Shown here: positions 55,891 to 64,000 of the stretch, in pieces
Numbering within the stretch: position 1 is the first letter of the stretch
Layout of the letters: every line of letters begins with the position of its first letter
From: a bacterium
Lineage (GTDB): Bacteria > UBA8248
Length of the DNA: 64,000 nt
Direction: 5' to 3'
NCBI GenBank assembly: GCA_965207065.1
Contig: OZ242260.1
Coordinates: 2,688,001 to 2,752,000, forward strand
Position numbers and translations under genes: made by a program
Notes under the pieces: model-generated
Seen by the model: the letters and a program-made list of their open reading frames with translations, nothing else
Databases searched by the model: none
What the model was told of the DNA's origin: nothing

Positions 55891-56451
55891 ATGCACCCAC
55901 TCATCAAGAACAGAAGAAGCCTGCGCGCGTTCAACGGCGTGCCGCCCGAGCCGGAAAAAATCGAAGCCCTGCTCGAGGCGTTCCGCTGGGCGCCGTCCTC
56001 GAACAACCGCCAGCCCTGGCGCGTCATTGTGGTGGAATCAGAAGCAGCGCAGGCGAAGTTCAACGAATGCCTGAGCGAGGGGAACCGCCAGTGGGCGGTG
56101 GCCGCCCCGCTCAAGATGATCATCTTGGGAAACCCGGAAGAACAGCCTGAGCGCAACGGGCAGGATCGCTACCTGCTCGACGTGGGCATGGCGCTCGAGA
56201 ATCTCCTGCTCCAGGGCAGTGATTTCGGGCTGACCGTGCACGCCATGGCGGGCTGGGACGAGGCGAAGGTGCTCGAGAGTTTTGGCATTCCCGAGCCGTT
56301 TCGCGTCGCGGCCCTCTTCGCCGTGGGCTATCCGGGCAAGACCGAGGAACTTCACCCCGACGTACAGGCGAAGGACAACAGGCCGCCCGCGCGCAAAGAC
56401 CCCGCCGAGATTTTCTTCCGGGATTCGTTCGGCAATGCGTCTAAGTCTTGA
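55891..56451 (+). CDS. Nitroreductase family protein
   Basis: IKNRRSLRAF; WAPSSNNRQPW; DVGMALENLLL; AVGYP. Confidence 0.93.
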   Translation: MHPLIKNRRSLRAFNGVPPEPEKIEALLEAFRWAPSSNNRQPWRVIVVESEAAQAKFNECLSEGNRQWAVAAPLKMIILGNPEEQPERNGQDRYLLDVGMALENLLLQGSDFGLTVHAMAGWDEAKVLESFGIPEPFRVAALFAVGYPGKTEELHPDVQAKDNRPPARKDPAEIFFRDSFGNASKS

Positions 56452-56606
56452 AGTAGGTTTTTTGCGGCGCATTTCGCGTTTGACCCCATCGTCCCAACCC
56501 CCTAGAATCCAGCGGGTTTGCGGGATGAGGCGCCCGGCTTTGTGATTTTCAGGGGTTCATGTCGCCTGCTTCATTGTCGCCTCTCTTGACGGGGTAAGGG
56601 ACTGCC

Positions 56607-57278
56607 TTGTTCTCATCCGACTTTATTCAGCAGTTGCTGATCGCGGTGCCGGCCATTCTGCTGGCGCTTACCTTTCACGAGGTGGCGCACGGCTGGATGG
56701 CCGACAAGCTGGGCGACAACACCGCGAGAATGCTGGGCCGACTGAACCTGAACCCCATCGTGCATCTCGATCCGCTGGGGACGCTCGCCTTCGTCATCTC
56801 CATGGTGGGGGGCGTGGGCTTCGGCTGGGCGAAGCCGGTGCCGGTGAATCCGGGCAACTTCCGCCACCCAAGGCGCGGGATGATGTGGGTGGCCCTCGCG
56901 GGACCGGCGACGAATTTCATACTGGCGATCATCAGCGGTTTTTTGTTTTCCCTGCTGCGCGGCTCGGGTATGGGCTACACCTTCGTGGGCGAGCCGCTCA
57001 TGTTGATGCTGCGGGCGAGCTTCACCATCAACACCGCGCTCGCGGCGTTCAACCTGATTCCCATCCTCCCCTTCGACGGGGGCAGGATCGTCATGGGGCT
57101 TTTGCCGAGAAGATTGGCGTGGCAATACTCGCGCAGCGAGCCGTTCGGCTTCTTCATCGTGCTGGGCCTGCTGCTGCTGGGCGTACTGCACACGATCATG
57201 ATGCCGATTTTCGTCGCCCTGGCTACGGCCGAGCAGGTTTTTGTGTTAAATCTTCTCAGAATCTTCGGATTGGCGTAG
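56607..57278 (+). CDS. Site-2 protease (M50) family protein
   Basis: HEVAHG; NPIVHLDPLG; GWAKPVPV; FNLIPILPFDG. Confidence 0.93.
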   Translation: MFSSDFIQQLLIAVPAILLALTFHEVAHGWMADKLGDNTARMLGRLNLNPIVHLDPLGTLAFVISMVGGVGFGWAKPVPVNPGNFRHPRRGMMWVALAGPATNFILAIISGFLFSLLRGSGMGYTFVGEPLMLMLRASFTINTALAAFNLIPILPFDGGRIVMGLLPRRLAWQYSRSEPFGFFIVLGLLLLGVLHTIMMPIFVALATAEQVFVLNLLRIFGLA

Positions 57279-57314
57279 CGGGTTTTTTGTAGTGAGTGGA
57301 AGAAGGATACACGG

Positions 57315-58337
57315 ATGACGGACAGCCAGAACCGGAAAAACCGGCCGACGCGGTTTCTCTCCGGCGTGCAGCCCTCGGGAAAACTGCACCTGGGCAATTA
57401 TTTCGGCGCGCTCAAGCAGCACATCGCGCTCCAGGACGAGGCCGAGGCCTTCTACTTCATCGCGAACTACCACGCCATGACGACGGTGCAGGACAGAGAC
57501 CTGCTTGCGGAGCAGACGCTTGCCGTGGCGATGGACTATCTCGCTTTGGGTCTGGACCCTGAAAAGGCGGTCTTCTTCCGCCAGTCCGACGTGCCCGAGG
57601 TGAACGAACTCGCCTGGATGCTCTCCGCCGTCACGGGCAAGGGGCTTCTGGACCGCGCCACATCGTTCAAGGACAAGGTGGCGAGAGGCATCACTCCCTC
57701 GATGGGACTCTACTATTACCCGATGCTCATGGCCGCCGACATCCTGATCTACCGCTCCACCATCGTGCCGGTGGGAGAGGATCAGGTTCAGCACCTCGAG
57801 ATGACGCGGGACATGGCGCTGGCGTTCAACAACACCTATGGGGAGATATTTCCCCTGCCCACCGTCAGGCTCGACGCAGGCGCGAAGGTGCCGGGCCTCG
57901 ACGGCCAGAAGATGAGCAAGAGCTATGACAACACGATAGAGATTTTCGAGGAGGGGAAGAACTTAAGGAAGCGCGTGATGTCTATCGTCACCGACTCCAC
58001 CCCGCTCGAAGAACCGAAAGACCCTGACGCCTGCAACGTGTTTTCCCTGTTTGAACTGTTCTCCGGTGAAGCGGAACAGGAAGAGTTGCGGGTTCAATAC
58101 CGGACGCCCGGGTTCGGCTACGGCAATGCGAAGCAGATTCTCTTCGAGAAAATGGATGCGTATTTTGGGCCTTACCGGGAAGAGAGAAAACGCCTGGAGC
58201 AGGATGTCGGCTATGTAGAAGGCGTCCTGGCCGAAGGGGGCGCCAGGGCCAGAGCGGAGGCGCAAGAGACGATGCGCCTCGTCAGGGCGGCGGCGGGAAT
58301 ACCCGGGATGCCCGTATCGGCGGTGAATCAAACGTAG
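57315..58337 (+). CDS. trpS: Tryptophan--tRNA ligase
   Basis: SGVQPSGKLHLGNY; YPMLMAADIL; VPVGEDQ; KMSKS. Confidence 0.97.
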   Translation: MTDSQNRKNRPTRFLSGVQPSGKLHLGNYFGALKQHIALQDEAEAFYFIANYHAMTTVQDRDLLAEQTLAVAMDYLALGLDPEKAVFFRQSDVPEVNELAWMLSAVTGKGLLDRATSFKDKVARGITPSMGLYYYPMLMAADILIYRSTIVPVGEDQVQHLEMTRDMALAFNNTYGEIFPLPTVRLDAGAKVPGLDGQKMSKSYDNTIEIFEEGKNLRKRVMSIVTDSTPLEEPKDPDACNVFSLFELFSGEAEQEELRVQYRTPGFGYGNAKQILFEKMDAYFGPYREERKRLEQDVGYVEGVLAEGGARARAEAQETMRLVRAAAGIPGMPVSAVNQT

Positions 58338-58344
58338 AGGTTGA

Positions 58345-61212
58345 ATGAGAGAGAAAATGACGACGAACTACAAGGAACTGTTGAACCTGCCCAAGACCTC
58401 TTTTCCCATGAAGGGGAACCTGCCCGTGCGCGAGCCGCAGATGCTCGAGTCCTGGGCGGAGCAGGAGGTTTACGAGAAGATCAGGGACGCATCGCAGGGA
58501 CGCAAGAAATATGTTCTTCACGACGGCCCCCCCTATGCGAACGGGCATATTCACCTGGGCACGGTGCTGAACAAGATTCTGAAGGACGTCGTAGTGAAAT
58601 CGAAGCAGATGGCCGGTTTCGACGCCGTCTACGTGCCGGGATGGGACTGCCACGGCTTGCCCATCGAGCATCAGGTGGACAAGGAGCTCGGCCGCAAGCG
58701 CTTCGAAATCGACGAAGTGCAGAAGCGCAAGATGTGCCGTGAATACGCCGAGAAATACATCGACATCCAAAGGGATGAGTTCAAGCGCCTGGGCGTCTTT
58801 GGGGATTGGGAGCGGCCCTATCTCACCATGAGCTACGACTACGAGGCCGCCACCGTGCGCGAGCTGGCGCGCTTCATCGAGCGCGGCGGCGTGTATCTGG
58901 GCCTAAAGCCTGTGCACTGGGCGCCGGGTCTGAGGACGGCGCTGGCCGAGGCCGAAGTGGAGTATGAGGATATCACCACGCCGAGTATATATGTGAAATT
59001 CCCGGTCGCCGAGGAGCAACTATCGGGCTGGGCGGAAAAGATCGCCGGCTTGGGCGAGGCTGCCGAAGGTTCGCGGGTAAGCGTCCTCATCTGGACGACG
59101 ACGCCCTGGACGCTGCCCGCCAATCTGGCGCTGGCGTTCAGCGAGTCCCTGGAATATGGCGTTTTCCGTCATGGGGAGGAACTCCTCATCTTCCATGAGC
59201 ATTTTCTGCCCCAGCTCAAGGCGTTGGCCGAAAAAGAGGGAGCGAGCGCATCTTTCGAGAAGGTGGCGAGTTTCCAGGGTGGCCAAATCGAGGGCTTGCG
59301 CGCGCGGCATCCCTGGGTGGAGCGCGATTCGCTCGTCGTGAAGGCCGATTACGTTACCCTCGATCAGGGAACGGGCGTCGTGCACACCGCTCCCGGCCAC
59401 GGGCGCGAAGACTACGAAACCGGCCTCAAATACGGCCTCGAAGTCTACAGCCCCATAGCGGATGACGGGAAATTCACCGACGACGTGGCGCATTTCGCAG
59501 GCCAGTTCGTCTTTGACGCCGACCCGAACATCATCGCGCATCTGCGCGAATCGGGACGTCTGTTCGCGGTGGAGGATTACACCCACCCCTATCCGCACGA
59601 CTGGCGAAGCCACAGGCCGACTATCTTCCGCGCGACGCCGCAGTGGTTCATCTCGATGGAGCACGGCGATTTGAGAAAACGCTCGCTCGAAGAGATTCGA
59701 AAAGTCGCCTGGGTGCCGCCCTGGGGCGAGGAGCGCATCTACGGCATGATCGAGAACAGGCCGGACTGGTGCATCTCGCGCCAGCGCTCCTGGGGAGTGC
59801 CCATCGTGGCCTTCCATTGCGAGGGTTGCGCGCACGTGGTCGTGGACGCGCAGGTGGCGCACCGCGTGGCGGACCTGATGGAAGAAGGCGGCGCGGACGT
59901 CTGGTTCGAAAAGAAGCCTGCCGATCTTCTGCCGCCGGGTTTCACCTGTCCTGAATGCGGCGGCGCTTCATTCAGGAAAGAGACCGACATTCTCGACGTC
60001 TGGTTCGATTCGGGCGTGAGCCAGGCGGCCGTTCTGGAGAAAAGAGAGGAACTGACGTGGCCTTCGGACATGTATCTGGAAGGCAGCGATCAGCACCGCG
60101 GCTGGTTCCACAGCTCCCTTCTCGCAGCCGTGGGCGTGCGGGACGCGGCGCCCTACCGCGAGGTGCTCACCCACGGCTACGTGGTGGACGGCAAGGGCAA
60201 GAAGATGAGCAAATCCCTGGGCAATACGATCGCGCCCGAGAAGATCATCAAGAGATATGGCGCCGAGATACTAAGGCTCTGGGTCGCCGGGGAGAATTAC
60301 AGGGAAGACATCCGCATTTCCCCGCAGATTCTGGACCGCATGGCCGAGGCCTACCGCCGGATAAGAAACACCTGCCGCTTCCTGCTGGGCAATCTGAGGG
60401 ACTATGAGAGTTTCGACCCCGCGCAAGACGCTGTTCCGTTGCCCGAACGCATGGAGATCGACAGGCTCATCATCAGCCGCCTGGACAAGCTCGTCGAGCG
60501 CGTCCGGCAGGCCTATGCTGAATATGAATTTCACGCCGTCTACCATGCGCTCAACAACTTCTGCGCGGTCGATTTGTCTTCGTTCTATCTCGATGTGCTG
60601 AAAGACAGGCTCTACATCTCCATGCCCGATGACGTGGACAGGATTTCGGGCGTCAGCACCATGCACGAAATCCTGGATGCGCTGCTCAGGATGATGGCGC
60701 CGATCCTGCCCTTCACGGCGGAAGAGGCCTATCAGCTCACGCCGAAACTCCACGGCGAGAGCATCCATCTGGCGTCCTTGCCCGAGACCGACCCCGCGCG
60801 GCGCGACGAGGCATTGGAAGAGCGGTGGGAGCCGCTCATGCGCGCGCGAGGCGAGGTGCTCAAGGCGCTCGAACTCGTCCGCCAGAATCAGGAAAAGGGC
60901 AAGGGAAGTTCACTCAATTTCAGCGTGAGGCTTTTTACGGAAGAGAAGATGCGCGAGAAGCTCACGGCCCTGGAGCCCGAGATGGGAGACGTGTTTATCG
61001 TATCGGGCGCCGCGCTCGCAGGCGCAGGCGAGGCGCCCTCGGGCGATGCCTACCGCAGCGAGGAGGTAGATGGACTGGCCGTCGAGGTGAGCGAGGCGCG
61101 AGGAGCGAAATGCGCCATGTCGTGGAAAATCTCGGAAGACGTGGGTTCGGACCCCCGCTTTCCCGACCTCTCGGCGCGTTGCGCACGCATCGCCGCGCAG
61201 GTGCTTTCGTGA
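58345..61212 (+). CDS. ileS: Isoleucine--tRNA ligase
   Basis: [55 protein letters not shown]; alternative start 58357. Confidence 0.97.
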   Translation: MREKMTTNYKELLNLPKTSFPMKGNLPVREPQMLESWAEQEVYEKIRDASQGRKKYVLHDGPPYANGHIHLGTVLNKILKDVVVKSKQMAGFDAVYVPGWDCHGLPIEHQVDKELGRKRFEIDEVQKRKMCREYAEKYIDIQRDEFKRLGVFGDWERPYLTMSYDYEAATVRELARFIERGGVYLGLKPVHWAPGLRTALAEAEVEYEDITTPSIYVKFPVAEEQLSGWAEKIAGLGEAAEGSRVSVLIWTTTPWTLPANLALAFSESLEYGVFRHGEELLIFHEHFLPQLKALAEKEGASASFEKVASFQGGQIEGLRARHPWVERDSLVVKADYVTLDQGTGVVHTAPGHGREDYETGLKYGLEVYSPIADDGKFTDDVAHFAGQFVFDADPNIIAHLRESGRLFAVEDYTHPYPHDWRSHRPTIFRATPQWFISMEHGDLRKRSLEEIRKVAWVPPWGEERIYGMIENRPDWCISRQRSWGVPIVAFHCEGCAHVVVDAQVAHRVADLMEEGGADVWFEKKPADLLPPGFTCPECGGASFRKETDILDVWFDSGVSQAAVLEKREELTWPSDMYLEGSDQHRGWFHSSLLAAVGVRDAAPYREVLTHGYVVDGKGKKMSKSLGNTIAPEKIIKRYGAEILRLWVAGENYREDIRISPQILDRMAEAYRRIRNTCRFLLGNLRDYESFDPAQDAVPLPERMEIDRLIISRLDKLVERVRQAYAEYEFHAVYHALNNFCAVDLSSFYLDVLKDRLYISMPDDVDRISGVSTMHEILDALLRMMAPILPFTAEEAYQLTPKLHGESIHLASLPETDPARRDEALEERWEPLMRARGEVLKALELVRQNQEKGKGSSLNFSVRLFTEEKMREKLTALEPEMGDVFIVSGAALAGAGEAPSGDAYRSEEVDGLAVEVSEARGAKCAMSWKISEDVGSDPRFPDLSARCARIAAQVLS

Positions 61213-61718
61213 GCCGAAGGCCGGGGCTCAAACCGTTTTTCCTCATCGCCGTTCTTTTCGCCCTCGCCGATCAGGTGATCAAGCAGATCGTCGATAAAAC
61301 CTTCTCCCTCGGCGATTCACTGGCGGTGATCCCGGGTTTTTTCAATCTCGTATACCTGAGAAATTCAGGCGGGGCGTTCAGCATCCTCGACGGCCTGCCT
61401 CCCCTGTGGGGGCGTCTTTTCTTCATCTGCGCCACCCTGGCCGCGTTGGCGTTCGTCTTCTATCTATACCGCTCTCACCCGCCGGGAAATCTCTGGGGAA
61501 GAGTCGGTATGATTCTCGTTTTCGGCGGCGGTCTGGGGAATCTTGTCGACCGGGTCGCCTATGGAGAGGTGATCGATTATCTCCTGTTCTATTATGGGCG
61601 ATACCATTGGCCCGCCTTCAACCTGGCGGACTCAGGGATCACGGTCGGAGTCGGGCTGATGATAGTCGACATGCTTCGGAGTCCGCCCGAGACCGCATCG
61701 ACGGGGGAGAGCGGGTAG
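61209..61718 (+). CDS. lspA: Lipoprotein signal peptidase II
   Basis: [34 protein letters not shown] overlap with ileS. Confidence 0.95.
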   Translation: MSRRPGLKPFFLIAVLFALADQVIKQIVDKTFSLGDSLAVIPGFFNLVYLRNSGGAFSILDGLPPLWGRLFFICATLAALAFVFYLYRSHPPGNLWGRVGMILVFGGGLGNLVDRVAYGEVIDYLLFYYGRYHWPAFNLADSGITVGVGLMIVDMLRSPPETASTGESG

Positions 61719-61762
61719 GCGAGGCTTCGCGCGAACCGGTCGATTTTTCTGGAGGGGTGGAG

Positions 61763-62305
61763 ATGCTGGGCCCTTTCCCGTTCTCGGGGACGCATTCGAG
61801 CCGGAACAATCCCTCCATAGGCTCGGCGACCAGGGCGCGCGGCTATGCGCGCCATTATTTATGGAACACCTCTATTTTCTGGGGACTGGTTTCCCTGGCG
61901 TGTATTTCGTGCCTGGGATTCCTGATCGCGCAGCGCCCCATTCAACAAGAGACGCTCTTCTACGCCGCCGCATCCGTTCTGGGTGTTTTTCTCGCCTATG
62001 CGTTCTGGAGAACCTCGCGCGCGCTCACGGACCTGATGGGTGATCCCGTGAGTTTCGAGGGCCGGGTGGCGTCCAAATCGTCCTATATCTTCTGGAACAA
62101 GCTCGCTTTTCTGGAGGAGAAGTATCACCTCCGAATCGTTCGCGGGGTGGGGATGCGCCCGCTGACGCTCGGGAGCGGGAAAATCATCAAGGAAGGCTGG
62201 TTTCTGGCCGCGCAGGGCTACCACGAACTCCTGGCGCCGGGCGATCAGGTCCGGGGGACGCTGTATCCCAGAAGCCGCATCATCGCCGCCCTCGTCAAGG
62301 TGTGA
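61763..62305 (+). CDS. Hypothetical protein with two TM segments
   Basis: GGAG RBS; two hydrophobic helices then a beta-rich domain; fills the lspA-rluD gap and overlaps the next start. Confidence 0.65.
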   Translation: MLGPFPFSGTHSSRNNPSIGSATRARGYARHYLWNTSIFWGLVSLACISCLGFLIAQRPIQQETLFYAAASVLGVFLAYAFWRTSRALTDLMGDPVSFEGRVASKSSYIFWNKLAFLEEKYHLRIVRGVGMRPLTLGSGKIIKEGWFLAAQGYHELLAPGDQVRGTLYPRSRIIAALVKV

Positions 62306-63267
62306 GTATGGCAAAGAGGGGCGAGAGAACCTGGGCGCTGACCTGCCATGAGGGTGCGAAGCGGGTCGATTCGTTCCTGGCCCTTAGACTGAAAGAACTC
62401 TCCCGCTCGCGCGTGCAGGGACTCATCCGGGACGGCATGGTCTCAGTCGACGGGAGAATCGAGACGAAAGCGGCGCATGCCCTCCCGGGCGGCGCACGCG
62501 TCGTGGTGACGCTCCCGCCTCCCGTGCCCTCTCACATCGAGGCCGAAGATATTGCGCTCGACGTTCGCTACGAGGACGCGCACCTTCTCGTGGTCAACAA
62601 GCCGCCCGGCATGGTGGTTCACCCCGGCGCGGGCCAGCGCAGGGGAACCCTGGCCGCCGCTCTTTTGCATCACTGCAGAGGGCAGCTTTCGGGCATCGGC
62701 GGGGTGGAGAGGCCCGGCATCGTTCACCGGCTCGACAAGGATACGTCCGGCCTGCTGATAGCGGCGAAAACGGATGCGGCCCACGGAAGACTCTCCGCCG
62801 ACCTCAAGGCGCGCCGGATTCACCGGCGCTACCTGGCCATCGTCCGGGGCATTCCCGCGCAGGGGGAAGGGACGATAGACGCCCCCATAGGCCGCCATCC
62901 CACACACAGAACGGCCATGGCGGTTGTGGAAAGCGGCCGCCGGGCGGTGACCCATTACAAGGTCCGGGAAGTGCTGGGAGACGAATCGCTTTTGGGTATT
63001 ACGCTCGAGACGGGCAGAACGCACCAGATCAGGGTGCACATGAGCCACATCGGGCATCCCGTCCTGGGCGATCCGGTGTACGGCCTGGGCCGGTTGCCGA
63101 GAGGCCCTCGCAAGAAAATAAAATCGAATCAAAAAAGCCTCATCGGGAGACAGGCCCTCCATTCCCACAGGCTGGCTTTTCGCCACCCCACCGACGGGGA
63201 TGAGCGGGAGTTGATGGCCGAACCCCCGGCGGATTTCCTGAAACTGCTGGAAGATTTACGGGGGTAG
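62302..63267 (+). CDS. rluD: RluA-family pseudouridine synthase (RluD-like)
   Basis: S4 domain SRSRVQGLI; NKPPGMVVHPG; RPGIVHRLDKDTSGL; TGRTHQIRVH. Confidence 0.88.
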   Translation: MSMAKRGERTWALTCHEGAKRVDSFLALRLKELSRSRVQGLIRDGMVSVDGRIETKAAHALPGGARVVVTLPPPVPSHIEAEDIALDVRYEDAHLLVVNKPPGMVVHPGAGQRRGTLAAALLHHCRGQLSGIGGVERPGIVHRLDKDTSGLLIAAKTDAAHGRLSADLKARRIHRRYLAIVRGIPAQGEGTIDAPIGRHPTHRTAMAVVESGRRAVTHYKVREVLGDESLLGITLETGRTHQIRVHMSHIGHPVLGDPVYGLGRLPRGPRKKIKSNQKSLIGRQALHSHRLAFRHPTDGDERELMAEPPADFLKLLEDLRG

Positions 63268-63474
63268 CGCTTTCTCATTTAGCGGTTCGTGTACAGGCCG
63301 CCCGAGTCGTGCAGCGGGCTCATTTCGTCTCATTCCTTGCCTACCGCGTTCGAGATATGCCATAAGAACCCCTGACGCAAGGAAATAGCATTTCTGATAT
63401 TTCAGTTCTTCACCCTGTGTTAGAGGTGCTTTAGAGGCGGAGAACTCACATCTCTTTGAAAATTGAGGGTTTAC

Positions 63475-64000
63475 ATGAAAGATGTCGTCATTCTCAGCAG
63501 CGTTCGTTCTCCGGGCGGGGCCTTCGGCGGCGCGCTCAAGGGCATGACCGCACCGGAGTTGGGCGTACACATCGCGCAAGAGGCGGTTCAAAGATCGGGC
63601 GTGGAGCCGGAACATTTCGACGAAACCATCATCGGCCACGGCTGGCAGGCGGGCGTGGGGCCCAATTCCGCGCGGCTCATCTCGGTGAGCGCGGGGCTTC
63701 CCAAGGAGACGCCCGCCTATACGATCAACAAGCGCTGTGGCTCCAGCATCAAGGCCGCCGCCCTGGCCGCACAGGCGATTCGCGCGGGCGATGCGGAGGT
63801 CGTCCTCGCAGGCGGCGTGGAGAGCACCTCCAACGTGCCTTTCGTGAACCCGGGAGCGCGGTGGGGGAACCGCTTCGGGCACGCGCAGTTTCTGGACCTG
63901 ATCTACAAGGACGGCTATGAGGATCCCCTTTCGGGACAGCTCATGGGCGTGACGGCGGAGAATCTGGTGGAAAAATACAACCTGAGCCGCGAGGAGCAGG
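63475..64000 (+). CDS. Thiolase (acetyl-CoA C-acyltransferase), runs off the window end
   Basis: Translated by hand: MKDVVILSSVRSPGGAFGGAL..QAGVGPNSAR..TINKRCGSS..AGGVESTS. Confidence 0.93.
   Translation, partial: MKDVVILSSVRSPGGAFGGALKGMTAPELGVHIAQEAVQRSGVEPEHFDETIIGHGWQAGVGPNSARLISVSAGLPKETPAYTINKRCGSSIKAAALAAQAIRAGDAEVVLAGGVESTSNVPFVNPGARWGNRFGHAQFLDLIYKDGYEDPLSGQLMGVTAENLVEKYNLSREEQ

Overview
High-GC bacterial chromosomal window with about 60 CDS and no rRNA, tRNA or CRISPR array seen. It is mostly catabolic and transport genes: two branched-chain-type ABC operons, a TRAP operon, SulP, MATE, MFS and NCS2 transporters, dehydrogenases, hydrolases, cupins, a haloalkane dehalogenase and aceE-aceF. 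It ends in a housekeeping block (site-2 protease, trpS, ileS, lspA, unknown ORF, RluD-type synthase, thiolase). The top finding is missed by the ORF track: a minus-strand gene at 27651..26899 reads through an in-frame TGA in a glutaredoxin U-x-x-C motif followed by a SECIS-like hairpin, giving a probable selenocysteine glutaredoxin fused to a DinB/YfiT thiol-transferase-like domain. Other notable items: a SulP gene between two diverged copies of a divergent promoter region, each carrying reciprocal gene remnants; three small defence/TA-type insertions (AAA ATPase + DUF4276 between inverted REPs, HEPN-MNT between tandem paralogs, an orphan PD-(D/E)XK-like nuclease); and intergenic DNA dense with REP/MITE-like palindromes. 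All family assignments come from motif recognition by eye; no database searches were run.
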